This document shows, piece by piece, positions 12,401-26,255 of a stretch of DNA of 64,000 nt (position 1 is its first letter; each line of letters starts with the position of its first letter). A model generated the notes under the pieces. The model ran no database searches. It was not told the origin of the DNA and saw only the letters and a program-made list of their open reading frames with translations. Source of the stretch: Balanoglossus misakiensis (lineage: Eukaryota > Animalia > Hemichordata); NCBI GenBank assembly GCA_040954595.2, contig CM082597.2, positions 10,199,778-10,263,777 on the forward strand, read 5' to 3'. A program made the position numbers and the translations under genes.

Positions 12401-15400
12401 TCAACAGCTGTAAGCTGACATTTTTACCTGACGTTGGATGACATCCAGGAGGAAGTCTGGTCCTCAGCTTCTGCACAGCAAATGACCGATCTTCAAGGTT
12501 TGGTTGAGATTCTTCAACTGTTCCATGACCTGTGAGGGCAATCTTCTTGCAACACCACTGTGAGGAAGAAATCAAGGACAGGTATCAGACATTCCGGTTG
12601 CCACAATGGGGGTTTGAAAACCCAGTATATTCCAGCTGTGTTCATGTGTTGGTACTTATTTTTAAAGTCTGTTTGAACCATTGCTTTCAAAACAGTCCCT
12701 GTGCATAAATGCTCTTTTGATGGTCCTAAGACTGTCAATTTATCATACATGCAACGCCTGCATTTGCCACTGTGCTATTGTTCTAACGGTGAAGATATGA
12801 GCTTGTATTTTCACTGGTGAAAATACAGAAACAGATTTTCACTGTGTGCCCAGAACTATTTTTGAGAATGTGCTGAATCAGTGGACTATCTCAACAGAGC
12901 GTCATGTAATATCAAAATCAGATGCAATTTTGTTGGGTTATAGATATGTGAGGCCACATTATTTCACAAGACTTGAAACTCGTAGATTAAAATCACATCA
13001 TCGGCCCACTACTGCAGTACAGCGTTAAAATTGTATAGCCAACGGATTGTACGCTTTTCAGTATGTTCAGATTGCGATCGCTCAAGAATTTCCAGCTGTA
13101 GTCCAAAAATCCACAGAATACAGAATTAGGTCTTATGATGTGCTAGGTTCCAATTTCTAGACGTGAAATCGTTTATCTGGGCGCATGTTGACTGAATAAA
13201 AAGTCAAACTTACTGTGGATCCATTCCTGTTAACTGAGCCAGCAACAAACTAGTGCTCTCATCAATATGCATATGAGTGGAGGCTGCTGCCAAATGACTT
13301 TCAAACTCCAAGATATCTTGTTTCTCCATTTTGGCAAGCTAAATCAATAAAGGGATAAATGCAAATGATATGACAAGTGAAGTCTTGTCTGTATACAGAC
13401 AGGGACACGTCTACATGTATTTATACTGAATTCTAAGTCAAGTTCTTTGAGTACAATCCCTGACACCCTCAAAGTTCCATATACATAATAAGGCACTCAC
13501 TTTGTCATACACATTTCCATCATACACTTCAACATCGGATACTCCTCCCATGCTTTGTGGCCTGAAAGAGAGAAATCAAATCATTTCTGTGATTTTGAAA
13601 ACAAGATGTGACACTATCTACAGAATGATGTCTTAGCAATGAACATTGAATTTGATTGAATGTGAGTCCATAGTTGAAACTTACCAATGTTTGCCGGGTT
13701 AAATGCTGAAACAACAAGTAAAAGCAACCAGCCCTTCCAGTACAGGTTGGAAATCGCCAGCTGTGGTGGTTGGTATCTGTTGATATCAAAATATCAAATA
13801 CTCTTGTATTAAAGTAAAGACAGAAAGACCGGGGATTCGGATTAACGTGTGTTTGTATAGTTGTTTATTTGGGAGTGGTCGTCGTGCATAATGACTGTGT
13901 AATTGATCTCATGTACATAGAAAATAATTGAACACTTTACACCTCTATGCGATTGACAGCTGTTTGAATGGCGTGGTTATTGTTTCCCAGGGACGCTTCT
14001 GAAAAGCACTGAAACCAGATTTCTCCCAAAATCATCGTTGTTTCAAAAGCTCGTGTATTTTTCGTCGATAACTTTATGCTGTGTGTGTTTATAAAGCCAA
14101 CTTCTGTCGTTGTGTGGTGTAATTCTTTATGCTTGGACCTGTTTGGGCCGATTTTCATAGAGCCAAGATCGTTGGTGTTGTCTGTTGTCAGTCAAATGGC
14201 ATTAAGGTTCGCCACTGATTTGGGGGGTCTTTTATACCCCTCACCGGGGTTTAAAGGGCGACAATCATCTAATGCACATGTGCCGAACCAGAGACTCTGA
14301 TTACAAAAAATGTACACAGTCAATGCCACAAGGCAGTGTGCTGTCCTAACAACAGACAAGATGGCGGCGACATATTCTATGTCAGAGATCGGGAAAAGAC
14401 AGCAAATTGGGTGAAAAGAAGGGACAAAACTTAAGTCTACTTGTACGGTGTGCATGAATTATGGAAGGAAGCGAAGGCAGTCCACATTTTGAATGCAAAA
14501 TTTGAAGAACATATGGATTGGATGCAATGTTTGTATGTATACACGAAATTAGGCACATGTGCATAAGACAATCCTCGGCCTTTGAAACTTCACCAACGTA
14601 CAACCAAACCATGTTTTCCAAGTGCTTTGAACTCAAACTTGAATTGTTACCTGCGTACGTAGTCGCTGGTGTTGACTTTAAACATTGTTGGTACTATGGT
14701 GTGCAGCCACCAAACAGAAACTCTTTGAATGACAGAAACCTGTTCATGGAAAGTCTGTAAGACTTCAGTTTCTGATGTAAAAAAACAAAACAAAAACATA
14801 TTGTTCTGGAGTGAGCTGATCCCAAGGAAAGAAACCTGTTATTGTAGTTACATACCAGTAGTTCACAAACATAAAATTCCAGAAGTTTACAAGAATTTTC
14901 TCACCAGTTTTCAAGTTTTTAAAATCAGCAATGCTGTTCTCCAGAAGTAATTGATAAAGCTTTCTATGACAAGTGACATTTTAAGACAGCACAGGTGGTA
15001 AATCAATTTTGTAGGATAAATTTCAATTTTGTAGGACAAATTTCAATTTTGTAGGACAATCAAGTACTTTCCAGCAAATTTTACAAACTCAAGAAATTCC
15101 AAGAAATGTTGAAACCCTGAGATCAGGATTTGGGAAGTTACAGAATTTTCGTTTGCTATACAATGCAGTTTTAATTCTTTTGCAAAGGAAATGTAGGGCC
15201 CGCAGCAATAATTTTGATAAAATTTACCATGTGCCAAACCAGAGACTATGGTTACAATAATTGTATATAGTCAGTGCCATAAGGCAGTATGCTGTCCTAA
15301 CAACGGACAAGATGGTGGCAACCATAGTCTCTGTCGGAGATCAGGAAAAGAGAACAAATAATGGGTGAAAAGACAGGACAAAACTAAAGTCTGATTATAC

Positions 15401-18400
15401 GCTGTGCATAAAATATGGAAGGAAGCAAAGGCAGTCCACTATTTTGAATGTGTCAAATGCAAAATTTGCTGAACATTTGGATTGGACGTAATGTTTGTAC
15501 ACACGATATTGCACCCATTCTAAAATTGTTGGATCAACTTTTATTTTGTAATTTCTCAAAATACCGAATGATAGGATTTAAAGGCTGCATATCGTTTATT
15601 ATGTACGTCTGTAAACTTGAGTGATTTTCTATCTCAGGAAGTTGGTAATCGGAAAATATTTCTGTCAACATTTGAATATTGGTCAGTTGACTCAAAATAA
15701 AAATATTGAGGTGATATGCACAGTGGTTTTCACGTTTTTGATGTGGACGGACGGACAGACATACATCCATACATAGATAGATACAGATGCAACCAATCCT
15801 ATAAGGTCCCAATGGGACCTAAAAAGCCACAATGCTCAATTTGAGTCTTTGGCTTTCAACAGCTGTAAGCTGACATTTTTACCTGACGTTGGATGACATC
15901 CAGGAGGAAGTCTGGTCCTCAGCTTCTGCACAGCAAATGACCGATCTTCAAGGTTTGGTTGAGATTCTTCAACTGTTCCATGACCTGTGAGGGCAGTCTT
16001 CTTGCAACACCACTGTGAGGAAGAAATCAAGGACAGGTATCAGACATTCCGGTTGCCACAATGGGGGTTTGAAAACCCAGTATATTCCAGCTGTGTTCAT
16101 GTGTTGGTACTTATTTTTAAAGTCTGTTTGAACCATTGCTTTCAAAACAGTCCCTGTGCATAAATGCTCTTTTGATGGTCCTAAGACTGTCAATTTATCA
16201 TACATGCAACGCCTGCATTTGCCACTGTGCTATTGTTCTAACGGTGAAGATATGAGCTTGTATTTTCACTGGTGAAAATACAGAAACAGATTTTCACTGT
16301 GTGCCCAGAACTATTTTTGAGAATGTGCTGAATCAGTGGACTATCTCAACAGAGCGTCATGTAATATCAAAATCAGATGCAATTTTGTTGGGTTATAGAT
16401 ATGTGAGGCCACATTATTTCACAAGACTTGAAACTCGTAGATTAAAATCACATCATCGGCCCACTACTGCAGTACAGCGTTAAAATTGTATAGCCAACGG
16501 ATTGTACGCTTTTCAGTATGTTCAGATTGCGATCGCTCAAGAATTTCCAGCTGTAGTCCAAAAATCCACAGAATACAGAATTAGGTCTTATGATGTGCTA
16601 GGTTCCAATTTCTAGACGTGAAATCGTTTATCTGGGCGCATGTTGACTGAATAAAAAGTCAAACTTACTGTGGATCCATTCCTGTTAACTGAGCCAGCAA
16701 CAAACTAGTGCTTTCATCAATATGCATATGAGTGGAGGCTGCTGCCAAATGACTTTCAAACTCCAAGATATCTTGTTTCTCCATTTTGGCAAGCTAAATC
16801 AATAAAGGGATAAATGCAAATGATATGACAAGTGAAGTCTTGTCTGTATACAGACAGGGACACGTCTACATGTATTTATACTGAATTCTAAGTCAAGTTC
16901 TTTGAGTACAATCCCTGACACCCTCAAAGTTCCATATACATAATAAGGCACTCACTTTGTCATACACATTTCCATCATACACTTCAACATCGGATACTCC
17001 TCCCATGCTTTGTGGCCTGAAAGAGAGAAATCAAATCATTTCTGTGATTTTGAAAACAAGATGTGACACTATCTACAGAATGATGTCTTAGCAATGAACA
17101 TTGAATTTGATTGAATGTGAGTCCATAGTTGAAACTTACCAATGTTTGCCGGGTTAAATGCTGAAACAACAAGTAAAAGCAACCAGCCCTTCCAGTACAG
17201 GTTGGAAATCGCCAGCTGTGGTGGTTGGTATCTGTTGATATCAAAATATCAAATACTCTTGTATTAAAGTAAAGACAGAAAGACCGGGGATTCGGATTAA
17301 CGTGTGTTTGTATAGTTGTTTATTTGGGAGTGGTCGTCGTGCATAATGACTGTGTAATTGATCTCATGTACATAGAAAATAATTGAACACTTTACACCTC
17401 TATGCGATTGACAGCTGTTTGAATGGCGTGGTTATTGTTTCCCAGGGACGCTTCTGAAAAGCACTGAAACCAGATTTCTCCCAAAATCATCGTTGTTTCA
17501 AAAGCTCGTGTATTTTTCGTCGATAACTTTATGCTGTGTGTGTTTATAAAGCCAACTTCTGTCGTTGTGTGGTGTAATTCTTTATGCTTGGACCTGTTTG
17601 GGCCGATTTTCATAGAGCCAAGATCGTTGGTGTTGTCTGTTGTCAGTCAAATGGCATTAAGGTTCGCCACTGATTTGGGGGGTCTTTTATACCCCTCACC
17701 GGGGTTTAAAGGGCGACAATCATCTAATGCACATGTGCCGAACCAGAGACTCTGATTACAAAAAATGTACACAGTCAATGCCACAAGGCAGTGTGCTGTC
17801 CTAACAACAGACAAGATGGCGGCGACATATTCTATGTCAGAGATCGGGAAAAGACAGCAAATTGGGTGAAAAGAAGGGACAAAACTTAAGTCTACTTGTA
17901 CGGTGTGCATGAATTATGGAAGGAAGCGAAGGCAGTCCACATTTTGAATGCAAAATTTGAAGAACATATGGATTGGATGCAATGTTTGTATGTATACACG
18001 AAATTAGGCACATGTGCATAAGACAATCCTCGGCCTTTGAAACTTCACCAACGTACAACCAAACCATGTTTTCCAAGTGCTTTGAACTCAAACTTGAATT
18101 GTTACCTGCGTACGTAGTCGCTGGTGTTGACTTTAAACATTGTTGGTACTATGGTGTGCAGCCACCAAACAGAAACTCTTTGAATGACAGAAACCTGTTC
18201 ATGGAAAGTCTGTAAGACTTCAGTTTCTGATGTAAAAAAACAAAACAAAACAAAAACATATTGTTATGGAGTGAGCTGATCCCAAGGAAAGAAACCTGTT
18301 ATTGTAGTTACATACCAGTAGTTCACAAACATAAAATTCCAGAAGTTTACAAGAATTTTCTCACCAGTTTTCAAGTTTTTAAAATCAGCAATGCTGTTCT

Positions 18401-21400
18401 CCAGAAGTAATTGATAAAGCTTTCTATGACAAGTGACATTTTAAGACAGCACAGGTGGTAAATCAATTTTGTAGGATAAATTTCAATTTTGTAGGACAAA
18501 TTTCAATTTTGTAGGACAATCAAGTACTTTCCAGCAAATTTTACAAACTCAAGAAATTCCAAGAAATGTTGAAACCCTGAGATCAGGATTTGGGAAGTTA
18601 CAGAATTTTCGTTTGCTATACAATGCAGTTTTAATTCTTTTGCAAAGGAAATGTAGGGCCCGCAGCAATAATTTTGATAAAATTTACCATGTGCCAAACC
18701 AGAGACTATGGTTACAATAATTGTATATAGTCAGTGCCATAAGGCAGTATGCTGTCCTAACAACGGACAAGATGGTGGCAACCATAGTCTCTGTCGGAGA
18801 TCAGGAAAAGAGAACAAATAATGGGTGAAAAGACAGGACAAAACTAAAGTCTGATTATACGCTGTGCATAAAATATGGAAGGAAGCAAAGGCAGTCCACT
18901 ATTTTGAATGTGTCAAATGCAAAATTTGCTGAACATTTGGATTGGACGTAATGTTTGTACACACGATATTGCACCCATTCTAAAATTGTTGGATCAACTT
19001 TTATTTTGTAATTTCTCAAAATACCGAATGATAGGATTTAAAGGCTGCATATCGTTTATTATGTACGTCTGTAAACTTGAGTGATTTTCTATCTCAGGAA
19101 GTTGGTAATCGGAAAATATTTCTGTCAACATTTGAATATTGGTCAGTTGACTCAAAATAAAAATATTGAGGTGATATGCACAGTGGTTTTCACGTTTTTG
19201 ATGTGGACGGACGGACAGACATACATCCATACATAGATAGATACAGATGCAACCAATCCTATAAGGTCCCAATGGGACCTAAAAAGCCACAATGCTCAAT
19301 TTGAGTCTTTGGCTTTCAACAGCTGTAAGCTGACATTTTTACCTGACGTTGGATGACATCCAGGAGGAAGTCTGGTCCTCAGCTTCTGCACAGCAAATGA
19401 CCGATCTTCAAGGTTTGGTTGAGATTCTTCAACTGTTCCATGACCTGTGAGGGCAGTCTTCTTGCAACACCACTGTGAGGAAGAAATCAAGGACAGGTAT
19501 CAGACATTCCGGTTGCCACAATGGGGGTTTGAAAACCCAGTATATTCCAGCTGTGTTCATGTGTTGGTACTTATTTTTAAAGTCTGTTTGAACCATTGCT
19601 TTCAAAACAGTCCCTGTGCATAAATGCTCTTTTGATGGTCCTAAGACTGTCAATTTATCATACATGCAACGCCTGCATTTGCCACTGTGCTATTGTTCTA
19701 ACGGTGAAGATATGAGCTTGTATTTTCACTGGTGAAAATACAGAAACAGATTTTCACTGTGTGCCCAGAACTATTTTTGAGAATGTGCTGAATCAGTGGA
19801 CTATCTCAACAGAGCGTCATGTAATATCAAAATCAGATGCAATTTTGTTGGGTTATAGATATGTGAGGCCACATTATTTCACAAGACTTGAAACTCGTAG
19901 ATTAAAATCACATCATCGGCCCACTACTGCAGTACAGCGTTAAAATTGTATAGCCAACGGATTGTACGCTTTTCAGTATGTTCAGATTGCGATCGCTCAA
20001 GAATTTCCAGCTGTAGTCCAAAAATCCACAGAATACAGAATTAGGTCTTATGATGTGCTAGGTTCCAATTTCTAGACGTGAAATCGTTTATCTGGGCGCA
20101 TGTTGACTGAATAAAAAGTCAAACTTACTGTGGATCCATTCCTGTTAACTGAGCCAGCAACAAACTAGTGCTCTCATCAATATGCATATGAGTGGAGGCT
20201 GCTGCCAAATGACTTTCAAACTCCAAGATATCTTGTTTCTCCATTTTGGCAAGCTAAATCAATAAAGGGATAAATGCAAATGATATGACAAGTGAAGTCT
20301 TGTCTGTATACAGACAGGGACACGTCTACATGTATTTATACTGAATTCTAAGTCAAGTTCTTTGAGTACAATCCCTGACACCCTCAAAGTTCCATATACA
20401 TAATAAGGCACTCACTTTGTCATACACATTTCCATCATACACTTCAACATCGGATACTCCTCCCATGCTTTGTGGCCTGAAAGAGAGAAATCAAATCATT
20501 TCTGTGATTTTGAAAACAAGATGTGACACTATCTACAGAATGATGTCTTAGCAATGAACATTGAATTTGATTGAATGTGAGTCCATAGTTGAAACTTACC
20601 AATGTTTGCCGGGTTAAATGCTGAAACAACAAGTAAAAGCAACCAGCCCTTCCAGTACAGGTTGGAAATCGCCAGCTGTGGTGGTTGGTATCTGTTGATA
20701 TCAAAATATCAAATACTCTTGTATTAAAGTAAAGACAGAAAGACCGGGGATTCGGATTAACGTGTGTTTGTATAGTTGTTTATTTGGGAGTGGTCGTCGT
20801 GCATAATGACTGTGTAATTGATCTCATGTACATAGAAAATAATTGAACACTTTACACCTCTATGCGATTGACAGCTGTTTGAATGGCGTGGTTATTGTTT
20901 CCCAGGGACGCTTCTGAAAAGCACTGAAACCAGATTTCTCCCAAAATCATCGTTGTTTCAAAAGCTCGTGTATTTTTCGTCGATAACTTTATGCTGTGTG
21001 TGTTTATAAAGCCAACTTCTGTCGTTGTGTGGTGTAATTCTTTATGCTTGGACCTGTTTGGGCCGATTTTCATAGAGCCAAGATCGTTGGTGTTGTCTGT
21101 TGTCAGTCAAATGGCATTAAGGTTCGCCACTGATTTGGGGGGTCTTTTATACCCCTCACCGGGGTTTAAAGGGCGACAATCATCTAATGCACATGTGCCG
21201 AACCAGAGACTCTGATTACAAAAAATGTACACAGTCAATGCCACAAGGCAGTGTGCTGTCCTAACAACAGACAAGATGGCGGCGACATATTCTATGTCAG
21301 AGATCGGGAAAAGACAGCAAATTGGGTGAAAAGAAGGGACAAAACTTAAGTCTACTTGTACGGTGTGCATGAATTATGGAAGGAAGCGAAGGCAGTCCAC

Positions 21401-24400
21401 ATTTTGAATGCAAAATTTGAAGAACATATGGATTGGATGCAATGTTTGTATGTATACACGAAATTAGGCACATGTGCATAAGACAATCCTCGGCCTTTGA
21501 AACTTCACCAACGTACAACCAAACCATGTTTTCCAAGTGCTTTGAACTCAAACTTGAATTGTTACCTGCGTACGTAGTCGCTGGTGTTGACTTTAAACAT
21601 TGTTGGTACTATGGTGTGCAGCCACCAAACAGAAACTCTTTGAATGACAGAAACCTGTTCATGGAAAGTCTGTAAGACTTCAGTTTCTGATGTAAAAAAA
21701 CAAAACAAAAACATATTGTTATGGAGTGAGCTGATCCCAAGGAAAGAAACCTGTTATTGTAGTTACATACCAGTAGTACACAAACATAAAATTCCAGAAG
21801 TTTACAAGAATTTTCTCACCAGTTTTCAAGTTTTTAAAATCAGCAATGCTGTTCTCCAGAAGTAATTGATAAAGCTTTCTATGACAAGTGACATTTTAAG
21901 ACAGCACAGGTGGTAAATCAATTTTGTAGGATAAATTTCAATTTTGTAGGACAAATTTCAATTTTGTAGGACAATCAAGTACTTTCCAGCAAATTTTACA
22001 AACTCAAGAAATTCCAAGAAATGTTGAAACCCTGAGATCAGGATTTGGGAAGTTACAGAATTTTCGTTTGCTATACAATGCAGTTTTAATTCTTTTGCAA
22101 AGGAAATGTAGGGCCCGCAGCAATAATTTTGATAAAATTTACCATGTGCCAAACCAGAGACTATGGTTACAATAATTGTATATAGTCAGTGCCATAAGGC
22201 AGTATGCTGTCCTAACAACAGACAAGATGGTGGCAACCATAGTCTCTGTCGGAGATCAGGAAAAGAGAACAAATAATGGGTGAAAAGACAGGACAAAACT
22301 AAAGTCTGATTATACGCTGTGCATAAAATATGGAAGGAAGCAAAGGCAGTCCACTATTTTGAATGTGTCAAATGCAAAATTTGCTGAACATTTGGATTGG
22401 ACGTAATGTTTGTACACACGATATTGCACCCATTCTAAAATTGTTGGATCAACTTTTATTTTGTAATTTCTCAAAATACCGAATGATAGGATTTAAAGGC
22501 TGCATATCGTTTATTATGTACGTCTGTAAACTTGAGTGATTTTCTATCTCAGGAAGTTGGTAATCGGAAAATATTTCTGTCAACATTTGAATATTGGTCA
22601 GTTGACTCAAAATAAAAATATTGAGGTGATATGCACAGTGGTTTTCACGTTTTTGATGTGGACGGACGGACGGACAGACATACATCCATACATAGATAGA
22701 TACAGATGCAACCAATCCTATAAGTTCCCAATGGGACCTAAAAAGCCACAATGCTCAATTTGAGTCTTTGGCTTTCAACAGCTGTAAGCTGACATTTTTA
22801 CCTGACGTTGGATGACATCCAGGAGGAAGTCTGGTTCTCAGCTTCTGCACAGCAAATGACCGATCTTCAAGGTTTGGTTGAGATTCTTCAACTGTTCCAT
22901 GACCTGTGAGGGCAGTCTTCTTGCAACACCACTGTGAGGAAGAAATCAAGGACAGGTATCAGACATTCCGGTTGCCACAATGGGGGTTTGAAAACCCAGT
23001 ATATTCCAGCTGTGTTCATGTGTTGGTACTTATTTTTAAAGTCTGTTTGAACCATTGCTTTCAAAACAGTCCCTGTGCATAAATGCTCTTTTGATGGTCC
23101 TAAGACTGTCAATTTATCATACATGCAACGCCTGCATTTGCCACTGTGCTATTGTTCTAACGGTGAAGATATGAGCTTGTATTTTCACTGGTGAAAATAC
23201 AGAAACAGATTTTCACTGTGTGCCCAGAACTATTTTTGAGAATGTGCTGAATCAGTGGACTATCTCAACAGAGCGTCATGTAATATCAAAATCAGATGCA
23301 ATTTTGTTGGGTTATAGATATGTGAGGCCACATTATTTCACAAGACTTGAAACTCGTAGATTAAAATCACATCATCGGCCCACTACTGCAGTACAGCGTT
23401 AAAATTGTATAGCCAACGGATTGTACGCTTTTCAGTATGTTCAGATTGCGATCGCTCAAGAATTTCCAGCTGTAGTCCAAAAATCCACAGAATACAGAAT
23501 TAGGTCTTATGATGTACTAGGTTCCAATTTCTAGACGTGAAATCGTTTATCTGGGCGCATGTTGACTGAATAAAAAGTCAAACTTACTGTGGATCCATTC
23601 CTGTTAACTGAGCCAGCAACAAACTAGTGCTCTCATCAATATGCATATGAGTGGAGGCTGCTGCCAAATGACTTTCAAACTCCAAGATATCTTGTTTCTC
23701 CATTTTGGCAAGCTAAATCAATAAAGGGATAAATGCAAATGATATGACAAGTGAAGTCTTGTCTGTATACAGACAGGGACACGTCTACATGTATTATACT
23801 GAATTCTAAGTCAAGTTCTTTGAGTACAATCCCTGACACCCTCAAAGTTCCATATACATAATAAGGCACTCACTTTGTCATACACATTTCCATCATACAC
23901 TTCAACATCGGATACTCCTCCCATGCTTTGTGGCCTGAAAGAGAGAAATCAAATCATTTCTGTGATTTTGAAAACAAGATGTGACACTATCTACAGAATG
24001 ATGTCTTAGCAATGAACATTGAATTTGATTGAATGTGAGTCCATAGTTGAAACTTACCAATGTTTGCCGGGTTAAATGCTGAAACAACAAGTAAAAGCAA
24101 CCAGCCCTTCCAGTACAGGTTGGAAATCGCCAGCTGTGGTGGTTGGTATCTGTTGATATCAAAATATCAAATACTCTTGTATTAAAGTAAAGACAGAAAG
24201 ACCGGGGATTCGGATTAACGTGTGTTTGTATAGTTGTTTATTTGGGAGTGGTCGTCGTGCATAATGACTGTGTAATTGATCTCATGTACATAGAAAATAA
24301 TTGAACACTTTACACCTCTATGCGATTGACAGCTGTTTGAATGGCGTGGTTATTGTTTCCCAGGGACGCTTCTGAAAAGCACTGAAACCAGATTTCTCCC

Positions 24401-26255
24401 AAAATCATCGTTGTTTCAAAAGCTCGTGTATTTTTCGTCGATAACTTTATGCTGTGTGTGTTTATAAAGCCAACTTCTGTCGTTGTGTGGTGTAATTCTT
24501 TATGCTTGGACCTGTTTGGGCCGATTTTCATAGAGCCAAGATCGTTGGTGTTGTCTGTTGTCAGTCAAATGGCATTAAGGTTCGCCACTGATTTGGGGGG
24601 TCTTTTATACCCCTCACCGGGGTTTAAAGGGCGACAATCATCTAATGCACATGTGCCGAACCAGAGACTCTGATTACAAAAAATGTACACAGTCAATGCC
24701 ACAAGGCAGTGTGCTGTCCTAACAACAGACAAGATGGCGGCGACATATTCTATGTCAGAGATCGGGAAAAGACAGCAAATTGGGTGAAAAGAAGGGACAA
24801 AACTTAAGTCTACTTGTACGGTGTGCATGAATTATGGAAGGAAGCGAAGGCAGTCCACATTTTGAATGCAAAATTTGAAGAACATATGGATTGGATGCAA
24901 TGTTTGTATGTATACACGAAATTAGGCACATGTGCATAAGACAATCCTCGGCCTTTGAAACTTCACCAACGTACAACCAAACCATGTTTTCCAAGTGCTT
25001 TGAACTCAAACTTGAATTGTTACCTGCGTACGTAGTCGCTGGTGTTGACTTTAAACATTGTTGGTACTATGGTGTGCAGCCACCAAACAGAAACTCTTTG
25101 AATGACAGAAACCTGTTCATGGAAAGTCTGTAAGACTTCAGTTTCTGATGTAAAAAAACAAAACAAAAACATATTGTTATGGAGTGAGCTGATCCCAAGG
25201 AAAGAAACCTGTTATTGTAGTTACATACCAGTAGTTCACAAACATAAAATTCCAGAAGTTTACAAGAATTTTCTCACCAGTTTTCAAGTTTTTAAAATCA
25301 GCAATGCTGTTCTCCAGAAGTAATTGATAAAGCTTTCTATGACAAGTGACATTTTAAGACAGCACAGGTGGTAAATCAATTTTGTAGGATAAATTTCAAT
25401 TTTGTAGGACAAATTTCAATTTTGTAGGACAATCAAGTACTTTCCAGCAAATTTTACAAACTCAAGAAATTCCAAGAAATGTTGAAACCCTGAGATCAGG
25501 ATTTGGGAAGTTACAGAATTTTCGTTTGCTATACAATGCAGTTTTAATTCTTTTGCAAAGGAAATGTAGGGCCCGCAGCAATAATTTTGATAAAATTTAC
25601 CATGTGCCAAACCAGAGACTATGGTTACAATAATTGTATATAGTCAGTGCCATAAGGCAGTATGCTGTCCTAACAACGGACAAGATGGTGGCAACCATAG
25701 TCTCTGTCGGAGATCAGGAAAAGAGAACAAATAATGGGTGAAAAGACAGGACAAAACTAAAGTCTGATTATACGCTGTGCATAAAATATGGAAGGAAGCA
25801 AAGGCAGTCCACTATTTTGAATGTGTCAAATGCAAAATTTGCTGAACATTTGGATTGGACGTAATGTTTGTACACACGATATTGCACCCATTCTAAAATT
25901 GTTGGATCAACTTTTATTTTGTAATTTCTCAAAATACCGAATGATAGGATTTAAAGGCTGCATATCGTTTATTATGTACGTCTGTAAACTTGAGTGATTT
26001 TCTATCTCAGGAAGTTGGTAATCGGAAAATATTTCTGTCAACATTTGAATATTGGTCAGTTGACTCAAAATAAAAATATTGAGGTGATATGCACAGTGGT
26101 TTTCACGTTTTTGATGTGGACGGACGGACAGACATACATCCATACATAGATAGATACAGATGCAACCAATCCTATAAGGTCCCAATGGGACCTAAAAAGC
26201 CACAATGCTCAATTTGAGTCTTTGGCTTTCAACAGCTGTAAGCTGACATTTTTAC